DNA of 64,000 nucleotides from Nannocystis bainbridge. GTDB lineage: Bacteria; Myxococcota_A; Polyangia; Nannocystales; Nannocystaceae. The position numbers and the translations under genes were made by a program. The stretch covers positions 3,264,001-3,328,000 of the forward strand of contig NZ_JAQNDL010000001.1 of NCBI RefSeq assembly GCF_028368995.1, given 5' to 3'. Below, piece after piece: positions 51,285-63,110 of the stretch (positions are counted from its first letter, which is position 1; each line of letters opens with the position of its first letter). The notes beneath the pieces were generated by a model that was not told the origin of the DNA, made no database searches, and saw only the letters and a list, made by a program, of their open reading frames with translations.

Positions 51285-51451
51285 GGACAACCAGAGTATG
51301 CGAGGTGTGCGGCAGAAGCGAGGCGGATGCGAGGCTACGCGCGCGCAGCGGCGTAAACGCGAATCTGGCCGCGGTGCGCGCCGACGTGCCTGCCCGCGCG
51401 TCGCTTCCGCGGTGGCCGCTTCCGCGACCCTCGTGTACAGTCTCGGTTACG

Positions 51452-53503
<2,052 letters not shown>

Positions 53504-53528
53504 GCCCGCCGAACGGGTGATGCGCGCG

Positions 53529-53552
53529 AGCGGGGGCCTTCGCGCCCCCGCT
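53529..53552. terminator. GC-rich hairpin between convergent prkA and the histidine kinase
   Basis: AGCGGGGGC-cttcgc-GCCCCCGCT; no U tract. Confidence 0.5.
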
Positions 53553-55398
53553 ACGACGTCGCGGGTCCGAGCGGCAGGTCGACGCGGAAGGTCGAGCCGA
53601 CGTTCGGCTCGGAGTCGAGGGTGATCGTCCCGTGGTGGGCCTGGACGATCTCGCGGGCGATGTAGAGGCCGAGCCCGAGCCCGCTGAACGAGCCGACGCG
53701 GTGGGCCCGCTCGAACGGCTGGAACAGCTTGGCGCGGGCCTCGGGGTCGATGCCGATGCCGTGGTCCTCGACCTCGATGCGGGCGGTGTCCGGGGACGGC
53801 GACGTCAGCCGCACCGTGACCGGCCGGTTCGCGCCGTACTTGAACGCGTTGCTGACCAGGTTGTCGAGCACCTGCTCGACGCGCCGCCGGTCCCACGTGG
53901 CCACGAGCGGCGGCGAGCCCGGCGGCGGCAGCTCGAGGGACAGGTCGGCGCGCGCGCGGGCGTCGTGCTCGCACAGCTGGGTGCAGAAGGTCGTCAGCAG
54001 CTCGGCGACTTCGAGCTCCTGCGGCTCGAGGAACAGCTTCTTGTGCGACAGCCGGGTGGCGTCGAGCATGTCGGCGACCAGCGAGTCGATCTTGCGGGCC
54101 TGGCGGATGATGAGCTGCAGCGCGGCGACCAGCGGCTCCTTGAGGGTCGGGTCGGAGCTCGGCGGCAGCCGGCGCAGCAAGGATTCGGCGCGCAGCAGGA
54201 TCGAGGTGATAGGGGTGCGGAGCTCGTGGCTGGCGACGGAGAGGAATTCGTCGCGCACGCCGATCGCGTCGCGCAGCACCTGCTCGGCCTGCTTGCGCGC
54301 CGAGATGTCGACCAGCGTGCCCGACATCCGCACGCCCTCGCCGGCGTAGTCGCAGAACACGCCGCCCTGGGAGAACAGCCAGCGTTCGGGCACCTGGGGA
54401 TCGCGCAGGCGGAAATCGGAGCGGAAGGTCGAGCGGGCGGCCATCGCGTCGGCGAGCGCCTTGCCGACGCGATCGCGGTCCTCGCGGTGGATGAGCCGCA
54501 GGAAATCCTCGACGCCGTGCGGCTGATCGTCGGGCGACATGCCGAGCAGGGCCTTGGTGGTGTCCGACCAGATGACCTGCCCGGTGAGCAGGTCCCAGTC
54601 CCAGATGCCCGTCTCGGCCGCGCGCATGGCCTCGTTGATGCGGCTGTACTCGCGCAGCCGGGTGCTGAGGTCGACGACGTAGCCGATGAACTGGTTCTGC
54701 CGCGGCCGCACCAGCGCGTAGCCGATCAACACCGGCACGCGGCTGCCGTCCTTGCGCACGTAGTCCTTCTCGTACGGGCGGCACCGGCCGGTGCGCAGCG
54801 CCTCCTCCATGCCCTGGTGGTCGCGCATGAGGTGCTCGGGCGCGGTGCAGCGGTCCCAGCGGAATACCCTCAGGTCGATCTCGTCGTGGGTGTAGCCGAG
54901 GATCCGCAGGTACTCGTCGGTGGCCTCGACCAGCTGCCCGTGCATGTCGCTGACGAACATGCCGACCAGCTGCGCCAGCCCGCCCGCCTTGGCCGCCTCG
55001 TAGACCGCCGTCTCGCGCAGGTTCTCGACCACGCACACGGCCCCGAGCAAGCGGCCGTCGGGCGTCAGCACCGGCCGCGCGCTCTCCCGCACGCGCAGCT
55101 GCCGGCCGTCGCGCCAGCCGAGCGCGTAGCTGTGGCCCGAGGCCCTCGCGCGCGTGCGCAGGGCGACCGCGACCGCCGTGTCCTCGCGCCCCAGCGGCGC
55201 GCCCGCCAGGGTGGCCAGCTCGTCCGCAGGGCAGTACGGCGGCGAGGCGTCCGGCGTCAGCCGCAGCAGCGCCGCGGCGTCGGCGTTGAAGGCGACGACC
55301 TGACCGTGCGCGTCGCAGACGTAGGCCGCCTGCGGCAGCGCCTCCAACAGGTCGCGGGCGCCGATCATCTCCAGGGCGGTGGCGTCGGTCGCGGTCAT
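53551..55398 (-). CDS. Cytoplasmic PAS (x3) sensor histidine kinase
   Basis: Three PAS/PAC domains, [27 protein letters not shown]. Confidence 0.93.
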   Translation of the reverse strand: MTATDATALEMIGARDLLEALPQAAYVCDAHGQVVAFNADAAALLRLTPDASPPYCPADELATLAGAPLGREDTAVAVALRTRARASGHSYALGWRDGRQLRVRESARPVLTPDGRLLGAVCVVENLRETAVYEAAKAGGLAQLVGMFVSDMHGQLVEATDEYLRILGYTHDEIDLRVFRWDRCTAPEHLMRDHQGMEEALRTGRCRPYEKDYVRKDGSRVPVLIGYALVRPRQNQFIGYVVDLSTRLREYSRINEAMRAAETGIWDWDLLTGQVIWSDTTKALLGMSPDDQPHGVEDFLRLIHREDRDRVGKALADAMAARSTFRSDFRLRDPQVPERWLFSQGGVFCDYAGEGVRMSGTLVDISARKQAEQVLRDAIGVRDEFLSVASHELRTPITSILLRAESLLRRLPPSSDPTLKEPLVAALQLIIRQARKIDSLVADMLDATRLSHKKLFLEPQELEVAELLTTFCTQLCEHDARARADLSLELPPPGSPPLVATWDRRRVEQVLDNLVSNAFKYGANRPVTVRLTSPSPDTARIEVEDHGIGIDPEARAKLFQPFERAHRVGSFSGLGLGLYIAREIVQAHHGTITLDSEPNVGSTFRVDLPLGPATS

Positions 55399-55579
55399 GG
55401 CGGCGCGACGACTAGAGTACCGCGGCGCGCCGCGGCGCGGCTGACTGCCGGGACGCCCCGACGCCCTCTGCCGCAGCCACCGGCGCGCCCTCGCGGCGGA
55501 GTCATGCGCCGGGGCGGCCGCGCGCGGACGGCCTCATCGGCAGGCGGGCGATGCCGGCGTCCGCACGCCTGCTCCGCCG

Positions 55580-56233
55580 TCACTGCCAGCAACGGGCCAC
55601 GCCGGGCAGCGTCGCCTTGACGTAGGCGCGGCGCGTGACGTCGAGGTAGTCGAGCAGCACCTCGAAGCGCCCGCACTGCAGCTCGACCCACTCCGGGCTC
55701 GGCTCGCCGACCGCCACGCAGCCCCACCGCTCGAGCTGGGCCCGCCAGTCGGCCACCCGCGCGGTCCCGGCGGCCCCATCGGCGGCCGCGATGCTGGCCT
55801 CCGCCGCCGCCACGCTGCCGGAGATCGGCTTCGGCTCGATGATCGCGTTCAGCGGCGGTGGCTCGCCCTCCGTCGCCGTCTGCAGCAAGACCACCGTCGC
55901 CGGCAGCTCCTGCAGCGGGAAGCTGCAGCCCCACTTGGTGTAGCCCGGCCGGGTCGCCGAGCACCACATCATCCGCTCGGGCTCGGCGCAGCCGATCGCC
56001 ACGTCGGCGGCCGGCCGCGACAGCGCGCAGATCGCCGCGAGCGGCTCCGCGATCATGTCCTTGCCGCACACCGGCAGCGCCGCCGGGTCGACCTCCGGCG
56101 GCGGCGACTCGGGCGGCGAGGCCGGCGGCGGCGTCTGGACCGGCGGCGGCGAGGGTCGCTCACAACCTGTCTCGAGAGACAGCATCACTACCCACCAGGC
56201 GGAGCGGCCGATCGACACGAGCCCCAAGTTCAC
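55580..56233 (-). CDS. Hypothetical exported protein
   Basis: Hydrophobic N-terminus with TGC, Pro-rich linker, several Cys. Confidence 0.6.
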   Translation of the reverse strand: MNLGLVSIGRSAWWVVMLSLETGCERPSPPPVQTPPPASPPESPPPEVDPAALPVCGKDMIAEPLAAICALSRPAADVAIGCAEPERMMWCSATRPGYTKWGCSFPLQELPATVVLLQTATEGEPPPLNAIIEPKPISGSVAAAEASIAAADGAAGTARVADWRAQLERWGCVAVGEPSPEWVELQCGRFEVLLDYLDVTRRAYVKATLPGVARCWQ

Positions 56234-56257
56234 CGCGCGGCGCGCCGGCCGTCAAGC

Positions 56258-57043
56258 TCATGGCCCGCCGAAGCTCGCGATCACCGGGATGTGGTCGGAC
56301 GGCGCGTCCCAGCCGCGCGGGGTCTTGTCGTGGACCACCGACTCGCAGCGGGCGTACAGCGGCGCGCTGGCGTAGACGTGGTCGATGCGCATGCCGCGGT
56401 TGCGGTCGAAGTCGGCGCGGCGGTAGTCCCACCAGGTGTACTGGCCGGGGCGGTCGTCGTGCTTGCGGAAGCAGTCCTGCAGGCCGAAAGCCAGCAGCTC
56501 GCGCAGGGCCGCGTGCTCCTCCGGCGAGAAGTGGGTGGAGCCGACGAGCGCGCGCGGGTCGACCACGTCGCGCTCGTCGGGGGCGATGTTGAAGTCGCCG
56601 CACAGGATCACCGGCGCCGCGGGCGAGCAGTGCTCGGCGAGCTCGGCCTTGAGCCTGGCCAGCCACGCCAGCTTGTAGGTGAAGGCCTCGGTGCCGAGCG
56701 CGGTGCCGTTGGGGACGTAGAGGTTGTAGAGGCGGAGGCCGTCGATCTCGGTGTTCAAGATCCGGCAGGCGGAGTCGGCGTCGCCGCCGCGGAAGCCGAG
56801 CACGACCTCGGTCGGCTTGACCTTCGAGAGCGTGGCCACGCCGGCGTAGCCCTTGGCCCCGTGGATGTGGACGGTGTAACCGAGCTCCGCGAACGGTACC
56901 CGCGGGAACACCTTGTCCTCGCATTTGGTCTCCTGCAGGCAGGCGACGTCGGGGCTCTTCTCGGCGAGGAAGCTGAGCACGTCGTCGAGGCGCGCGCGGA
57001 TCCCGTTGACGTTCCACGTCAGCAGCGTGAAGGGCCGGTTCAT
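56258..57043 (-). CDS. xth: Exodeoxyribonuclease III
   Basis: TWNVNGIRAR, LQETK, YVPNG, GDFN, YTWWDYR, RIDH, SDHIP. Confidence 0.96.
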   Translation of the reverse strand: MNRPFTLLTWNVNGIRARLDDVLSFLAEKSPDVACLQETKCEDKVFPRVPFAELGYTVHIHGAKGYAGVATLSKVKPTEVVLGFRGGDADSACRILNTEIDGLRLYNLYVPNGTALGTEAFTYKLAWLARLKAELAEHCSPAAPVILCGDFNIAPDERDVVDPRALVGSTHFSPEEHAALRELLAFGLQDCFRKHDDRPGQYTWWDYRRADFDRNRGMRIDHVYASAPLYARCESVVHDKTPRGWDAPSDHIPVIASFGGP

Positions 57044-57053
57044 GGCGCGAACC

Positions 57054-58403
57054 TTAGCGCAAGCGCAGCCGCGGCGCGACGACGAGGGCGTGCAGCAGCA
57101 GCGCCAGCGCGAACCACCCCGCCGCCATCAACACCGAGAGGTCGCCCTTGGCCGCCAGCGCGACCAGCACGAACACGCTCGAGCCTACGTAGATGATCGG
57201 CGCCCACGGGTAGAAGCCGACGCGATACGGCCGCGGGTGGTCTGGATCCTTGCGCCGCAAGGAGACCACGCTGGCGACCGCGAGCGAGCCCGAGATGAGC
57301 ATCGCCGCCGCCGCGTAGTCCATCAGCTGCTCGAAGCGATGGCTGAGGATCAGCGCGATCGCCAGGACCGCCTGCAACCACAGCGCGACCATCGGGGTGC
57401 CGAAGCGGGCGGACAGCCGGCCCGCCGCGGGGAAGCAGTGGCCTTCCTCGGCCATCGCGTAGGCGATCCGTGAGCCGGTCATGACGGTGCCGTTGATCGA
57501 GCCGAGCATCGCCAGCAGGATCATCAGCGTCACCACGATCACGCCCGCGTGGCCGAACAGCGCCCCGGCGGCCGCGGTGCCGGCCTCGCCGACCCCGGCC
57601 AGCTTGTCGATCTCGAACACCGAGAGGTAGCCGGCGCACAGCACGAAGTAGAGGATCGCGACCATGAGCGTCCCGCCGACCACCGCGCGCGGCAGGTTGC
57701 GCCCGGGGTCGGCGATCTCCCCGCCGATGTAGATCGCCGCGTTCCACCCGGAATAAGCGAAGTAGATCGACAGGTATGCCTGGGCCACGGCGGAGGCCGA
57801 AGGGCTGGGGTCGAGCCCCGACCGCAGCGCCTCGGCCGAGACCTCGACGGTGCCGATGTCGCCGACCACGAACAGACTGACCGCCAGCAGCACCGCCAGC
57901 GGCACCATCGTCAGCACCAGCTGCACGCGCCCGGACAGCACGATGCCGATGTGATTGAGCCCCGTGAGCGCGACCACCAGCGCGATCGCCCAGAACGTCG
58001 GGCCGGCCAGCGTCACCAGCCCGAGGTCGACCGGCGCGGCGAAGCTCGGCCCGAGCAGCACCGGCAGCTGGAACGCGGCTGTCCCGACGGCCATGGTCGC
58101 GAGCGAGCCCGGGAACGTCGCCAGCAGCTGCAGCCAACCCGTGGCGAACGCGATGCCCGGCCCGTAGGCCGCGCGCAGGTACGGGTACTCGCCGCCCGCC
58201 CGCGGCATCATCGCTCCGAGCTCGGCCACGCACAGCGCCCCGCACAGCGCCGCCAGCCCGCCGGCGACCCACATCAGCAGGAACCACAACGGGCTCTGCA
58301 CGTGGCTGGCGACCACCGGCGGGGCGATGAAGATGCCGATGCCGAGCATCGAGCCCGCGACCAGCGCTTGCGCCGCCCAGGGGCCGAGGTGTCGCGTCTC
58401 CAT
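57054..58403 (-). CDS. APC family amino acid permease
   Basis: GSMLGIGIF, AELGAMMPRAGGEY, FAYSGWN..GEIADPGRNLPR. Confidence 0.93.
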   Translation of the reverse strand: METRHLGPWAAQALVAGSMLGIGIFIAPPVVASHVQSPLWFLLMWVAGGLAALCGALCVAELGAMMPRAGGEYPYLRAAYGPGIAFATGWLQLLATFPGSLATMAVGTAAFQLPVLLGPSFAAPVDLGLVTLAGPTFWAIALVVALTGLNHIGIVLSGRVQLVLTMVPLAVLLAVSLFVVGDIGTVEVSAEALRSGLDPSPSASAVAQAYLSIYFAYSGWNAAIYIGGEIADPGRNLPRAVVGGTLMVAILYFVLCAGYLSVFEIDKLAGVGEAGTAAAGALFGHAGVIVVTLMILLAMLGSINGTVMTGSRIAYAMAEEGHCFPAAGRLSARFGTPMVALWLQAVLAIALILSHRFEQLMDYAAAAMLISGSLAVASVVSLRRKDPDHPRPYRVGFYPWAPIIYVGSSVFVLVALAAKGDLSVLMAAGWFALALLLHALVVAPRLRLR

Positions 58404-58509
58404 CCGGCGCAGCCTAACCGATGATGGGGGTCCGGTCGTCCGGAGGCAAAAAACCCGGCCCGTCGCGCGAGCCGCCCGCAGATAACCGGCGCAGCCCGAA
58501 CTTTGGCCT

Positions 58510-58538
58510 TTGACAGCGGGCCGGGCCGCGGCTAGCTT
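58510..58538 (+). promoter_or_regulatory. Sigma70 promoter of bamD
   Basis: TTGACA (58510-58515), 17-nt spacer, TAGCTT (58533-58538); ATG at 58550. Confidence 0.75.
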
Positions 58539-58549
58539 CGCGCCTCGGC

Positions 58550-59479
58550 ATGCGGCGGCTCTGCAGCGCGGCGCTGGCGGTGGGGCTCTGCCTTGCGGCC
58601 TGCAAGACGGGTCCCAACCTCAGTACGGACTACGGTCAAACTGCGCGCGAGAACTACGAGCTCGCGATCGGTGAGTTCACCGACAAGGACTACGAAGAGG
58701 CGATCCAGTACGCCGACTTCGTCCGGATTCGCTTCCCGTTCAGCCGCTACGCCGTCGAGGCCGAGCTGCTGATCGCCCGCGCCGAGTTCGCCCAGGGCAA
58801 CTACACGACCTCGCAGGACCAGTTCAAGCAGTTCTACAAGCTGCACCCGACGCACAAGCACGTGCTCAACGGCTGGTGCGCGTACATGGCGGCGGTCTCG
58901 GCCTACATGAACGCGCCCGAGGGCTTCTTCCTGATGCCCCCGCACTACCAGCGCGACCAGGACCAGCTGCAGGACGCTCTGGTCGAGCTGGCCTACTTCT
59001 TCGACCACTACCCGAGCAGCCCGATGCACCCGCTGGCGCTCAAGCTGCAGGACGAGGTCCGCCGCCGCCTGCTCGAGCACGAGCTCTACGTCGCCAAGTT
59101 CTACCTCGACCGCGACCGCCCCGAGGCCGCGATCGGCCGGCTCGAGACGGCCCACAAGTCGTACTCGGGCATCGGCCTCGACGCCGAGGTGCTGTTCCTG
59201 CTGGCGCTGACGTACCTGAAGATGGACGAGATCGAGCTGTCGCGGACGACCTTCGCCGAGCTGCAGTCGCAGCACCCGAAGCACCACCACGGCCGCCAGG
59301 CCCGCCTCTACCTCAAGTACATCCAGGACACCTACGGCCCGGCCGACGCCAGCCGCAAGCGCCCCGACCGCAGCCCGCCGCGCCCGGTCGCCCCGCCGCG
59401 GCCCAAGCAGGTCGACGACACCGAGGCCAAGGGCGGCAAGCCGAAGGCGGCCCTCGAGGGCCGCACGGGTTCGCTGTGA
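58550..59479 (+). CDS. bamD: Outer membrane protein assembly factor BamD
   Basis: LAAC lipobox, TPRs, FPFSRYA..AEL, RDQ, YPSS, HELYVAKFY. Confidence 0.92.
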   Translation: MRRLCSAALAVGLCLAACKTGPNLSTDYGQTARENYELAIGEFTDKDYEEAIQYADFVRIRFPFSRYAVEAELLIARAEFAQGNYTTSQDQFKQFYKLHPTHKHVLNGWCAYMAAVSAYMNAPEGFFLMPPHYQRDQDQLQDALVELAYFFDHYPSSPMHPLALKLQDEVRRRLLEHELYVAKFYLDRDRPEAAIGRLETAHKSYSGIGLDAEVLFLLALTYLKMDEIELSRTTFAELQSQHPKHHHGRQARLYLKYIQDTYGPADASRKRPDRSPPRPVAPPRPKQVDDTEAKGGKPKAALEGRTGSL

Positions 59480-60705
59480 GCCGCGAGCCCGACGACGCAC
59501 CTGTCCCCGCGGACAGCCACGAGCCGGCTGTCTCGAAGGACAGCTCATCTGTCTCCGAGGACAGCGGGGAGTCTCCTGTCTCCGAGGACAGCCGACCCGA
59601 GCGGGCCGACCGGCGCCGCGAAGGCGAAGCCCCGGCCCGCCGCGGCCTGTCCGAGGCCGACCTCGAGCTCCTGCGCGAACCCCCGCTGCAGACCGCCGAC
59701 CTGCCCGGCGTCGGCGGCGCCATCCGCTCGCGGCCCGAGGACTTTCACGTCCGCGAGGTCCCGGCCTACGACCCCGACGGCCGGCCGAACGCGCACGTGC
59801 TGCTGCTGCTGACCAAGCGCGGCGTCGGCAGCGAGGACGCGATCGCCGAGGTCGCGCGCCAGCTGGCGATCCCCCGCGCCGAGCTCGGGCTCGCCGGGCT
59901 CAAGGACAAGGACGCGGTCACCGAGCAGTGGATCTCCCTGCCGGCCGCCGCCGCCGCGCGCCTCGAGCAATTCGTCCATTCGGACATATCCCTCGGGACA
60001 GCTCACCCGCACGGCAACAAGCTGCGCCGCGGCCACCTGCGCGGCAATCGCTTCACCATCGTCGTGCGCGACCTGGCCGTACCCGTCGACGAGGCGCTGG
60101 CCCGCTGCCAGGCCAAGGTCGAGCGCCTGCGCGCGCTCGGCGGGCTCGACAATCTCTACGGCGAGCAGCGGTTCGGCAGTGACAATTTGGCGCGAGGCCT
60201 CGCCGCTCTGGCGCGCGGGCGCCGGCGCGGTCGCGCCGACTTCCTGCTCAGCGCCGGCCAGTCGGCGCTGTTCAACCTCTACCTGCTCGAGCGGCGCGCC
60301 CGCGGCCTCATGCGCGAGGTCCTGCGCGGCGACATCCTGAAGAAGACCGCCACCGGCGGCCTGTTCGAGTGCACCGACCCGGCCACCGACAAGGCCCGGC
60401 TCGATGCCGGAGAACTCGGCATCACCGGGCCGATGTTCGGCAGCAAGATGCGCGCGCCGGGCCCGGACACCCCCTCCGGCGCCCTGGAGGCGGAGATCCT
60501 GGCGCGCGCGGAGATCGACCTGACGACGCTGCAAGCCTTGGGTCACACGCTCGAGGGGACGCGGCGGCCGCTGCAGATCGCGCCGCTCGCGGTCGACATC
60601 GAGGTCGCGCGCGACGACTTCGGCCCCGGGATCTCCCTCAGCTTCGAGCTGCCCTCCGGGAGCTACGCGACGGCCCTCCTGCGCGAGCTTCAGCGCCCGG
60701 TCTGA
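59476..60705 (+). CDS. truD: tRNA pseudouridine(13) synthase TruD
   Basis: PEDFHVRE, AGLKDKDAVTEQW, GHLRGNRF, YGEQRFG, QSALFN, ELPSGSYAT; the true start may be about 150 nt further in. Confidence 0.93.
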   Translation: MSREPDDAPVPADSHEPAVSKDSSSVSEDSGESPVSEDSRPERADRRREGEAPARRGLSEADLELLREPPLQTADLPGVGGAIRSRPEDFHVREVPAYDPDGRPNAHVLLLLTKRGVGSEDAIAEVARQLAIPRAELGLAGLKDKDAVTEQWISLPAAAAARLEQFVHSDISLGTAHPHGNKLRRGHLRGNRFTIVVRDLAVPVDEALARCQAKVERLRALGGLDNLYGEQRFGSDNLARGLAALARGRRRGRADFLLSAGQSALFNLYLLERRARGLMREVLRGDILKKTATGGLFECTDPATDKARLDAGELGITGPMFGSKMRAPGPDTPSGALEAEILARAEIDLTTLQALGHTLEGTRRPLQIAPLAVDIEVARDDFGPGISLSFELPSGSYATALLRELQRPV

Positions 60706-60779
60706 GCACGCGTGCGCCCGCGTCGCCGGTGAACACTGGCCGTTTCGCGCCGGCTGGGCTACGGTTCGCCGGCCCACCA

Positions 60780-61436
60780 ATGAAGCTCTCGGAAAAATTC
60801 CTCGAGCTCTCGGCTGTCGGCTCCGAGTGGATCCTCTGGATCCTCGTCGGGCTCTCCGTCGTGAGCGTGGCCGTGATGATCGAGCGCCTGATCTTTTACT
60901 CGGGCGTCCAGGGGCGCGACTCGGCGCTGGTCCGGGCGCTCCACGCCGCGCTGGCCGACCGCGACCTCGCCAAGGCGCAGGAGCTGCTGCGCGGCGCCAA
61001 CGGCCCGGGGGCCCGGATCGCCGCGCAGATGCTCGAGACCAGCCAGCGCGGCACCGGCTCGATGGCCGCGATCATGGCCGCGCTGCGCCCCGGCGAGAAG
61101 CTCCGGCTCGAGCGCAACCTCAACTTCCTCGGCACCGTCGGCTCGAACTCGCCGTTCATCGGCCTGCTCGGCACGGTGCTCGGCATCATCGAGACCTTCC
61201 GCGCCATCGAGCGCTCGGGCGTGATGGGCAGCGCCGAGTACTCGAACGCGGTCATGGCCGGCATCTACGAGGCGCTGGTCGCCACCGCCGTCGGCCTCAT
61301 CGTCGCCATCCCGGCCGTCATCGCCTTCAACTTCTTCCAGCGCCGCGTCAAGGCGCTGCTGGGCGAGGCCGACGCGCTCACCAACATGGTGCTGTCGCTG
61401 TCGGGCTCGGGCGACGACACCAAGCGCGCCCACTGA
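60780..61436 (+). CDS. MotA/TolQ/ExbB proton channel protein
   Basis: LGTVGSNSPFIGLLGTVLGI, GIYEALVATAVGL..AIPA. Confidence 0.95.
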   Translation: MKLSEKFLELSAVGSEWILWILVGLSVVSVAVMIERLIFYSGVQGRDSALVRALHAALADRDLAKAQELLRGANGPGARIAAQMLETSQRGTGSMAAIMAALRPGEKLRLERNLNFLGTVGSNSPFIGLLGTVLGIIETFRAIERSGVMGSAEYSNAVMAGIYEALVATAVGLIVAIPAVIAFNFFQRRVKALLGEADALTNMVLSLSGSGDDTKRAH

Positions 61437-61464
61437 GCCGGGCTTCGCAGGGGGACTCCACGCC

Positions 61465-61905
61465 GTGGCCGCCGACACCAATCAGGACGACGAAGAGGGC
61501 ATCAACAGCATCAACGTCACCCCGCTGGTCGACGTCATGCTCGTGCTGCTGATCATCTTCATGGTCACCACCACGAAGATCCAGGAGTCCGAGGCGCTGT
61601 CGATCGACAAGCCCGACGCGCAGACCGGGCAGAAGCTCGAGCCCAAGCAGCACCACATCCTGCTGACCTGCGCGAAGGACGGCCGGCTCGAGGTCGACCA
61701 CAAGCCGGTCGACGGCGACGCCGCGATCAAGGAAGCGATCACGCGCAAGCTGGCCGAGGGCCGCGACCTCCAGGGCGTCATCCAGTGCGACGAGGAGGCC
61801 CAAGTCAAGTCGATGATCCACCTCGTCGACCTGCTGCGCGACGCCGGCGTCAAGAAGTACGCCATCGCCACGGAGAAGCCCAAGGCCGCTCCCGCCCCGT
61901 CCTGA
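61465..61905 (+). CDS. ExbD/TolR biopolymer transport protein
   Basis: INVTPLVDVMLVLLIIFMV. Confidence 0.95.
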   Translation: MAADTNQDDEEGINSINVTPLVDVMLVLLIIFMVTTTKIQESEALSIDKPDAQTGQKLEPKQHHILLTCAKDGRLEVDHKPVDGDAAIKEAITRKLAEGRDLQGVIQCDEEAQVKSMIHLVDLLRDAGVKKYAIATEKPKAAPAPS

Positions 61906-61917
61906 GCGAGCACTGCG

Positions 61918-62718
61918 ATGCGCCTCGGCGGCAGCCTCCTGTCTCGGTCCGGCTCCGGTGCGTTCGGCTCGCTCGGGCTCCACGCCGTGCTGGCGCTGCT
62001 GCTGTCGTATCTGTCGGTCGAGCCGCCGCTGCCCGAGGAGCCGCGCATCGACATCGTCGAGTTCGAGATCCCCGAGCCCGAGCCCGAACCGGAGCCCGAG
62101 CCCGAGCCTGAGCCCGAGCCCGAGAAGCCGCAGGAGACCCCGCCCGAGCCGCAGCCGGTGCCCGAGGTCCGCAAGGACGAGCCCCCGCCCAAGCCGCGGC
62201 CCAAGGCCAAGGCCGACCCGCAGCCGCAGGCCGAGGCCGACGAGGCCCCGCCGCCGCTGCGCATGGACGCCAGCCAGACCACCACCACCGGCAACAGCGG
62301 CGTGAAGATCGGCGTCGGCACCCCCGGCGGCACCCCCGGCGGCACCGGCAGCCCCGACTCCAAGGGCAAGGGCGGCAGCCCCAAGGGCACCCCCGGCGGC
62401 ACCGGCGACGGCGGCCCGACCTGGGAGCCGCGCGGCGAGCTCTACATCCGCGAGCTGCCGGCCGTCATCAACGTGCCGCAGGAGCAGTGCCCGGCCGTCC
62501 AGGAGCTCGGCATCGAGGGCGTCGTCATCCTCACCGTCCAGGTCCGCCGCGACGGCTCGGTCAAGGACGTCAAGGTCGCCAAGGACATCGGCCACGGCTG
62601 CGGCAAGATCGCCGCCAAGGCCCTGCGCAAGGCCAAATTCCGGCCCGCGCTCGCCACCAACGGCCAGCCCGCCGACTTCGAGCTGCGCTACGAATACGAG
62701 TTCCAGCTCGGCGACTGA
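61918..62718 (+). CDS. TonB-family energy transducer
   Basis: SLGLH TM segment, (EP)n repeat, C-terminal GIEGVVIL..DGSV..FRPA. Confidence 0.92.
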   Translation: MRLGGSLLSRSGSGAFGSLGLHAVLALLLSYLSVEPPLPEEPRIDIVEFEIPEPEPEPEPEPEPEPEPEKPQETPPEPQPVPEVRKDEPPPKPRPKAKADPQPQAEADEAPPPLRMDASQTTTTGNSGVKIGVGTPGGTPGGTGSPDSKGKGGSPKGTPGGTGDGGPTWEPRGELYIRELPAVINVPQEQCPAVQELGIEGVVILTVQVRRDGSVKDVKVAKDIGHGCGKIAAKALRKAKFRPALATNGQPADFELRYEYEFQLGD

Positions 62719-62960
62719 GCCGCCGGCGACTCGCGCATCCCCGCGGCGCGAGTGATTCGGCCGCATCGACCTGGGGACCCGCGCCCGCCGGCGATCGCAC
62801 GTCCTCGCAGCCGCGTCCTGGACCCGGCCATGCGCGCGCTCGCGGCCGCCGATTGCTCCTCGCCGGCGATCGGCGCTATCGTCCGGGCCGCCGTGCCGCG
62901 CGCGCTCCGTCCTCACGACCTCGGTCCGTCCGCTGCGGCCCGCCGCGCCCGGCTCTCCCG

Positions 62961-63110
62961 CCTGTCCCTCGGGACATGTCTCTCCGGCCCGCCCGCCGCT
63001 GCCGGGCACGCCCCGGTCTCTCACATGTCCCTCCGGACATGTCCCTCCGGCGCGTCCGCTCGGGCCCGGCTCCCCTTTATCCTGGCTCTCGGGACATGTC
63101 TCTTCGGACT
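62961..63110. repeat. Cluster of TGTC-N6-GACA doublets overlapping the start of the last gene
   Basis: Cores at 62963, 63026 and 63097. Confidence 0.85.
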
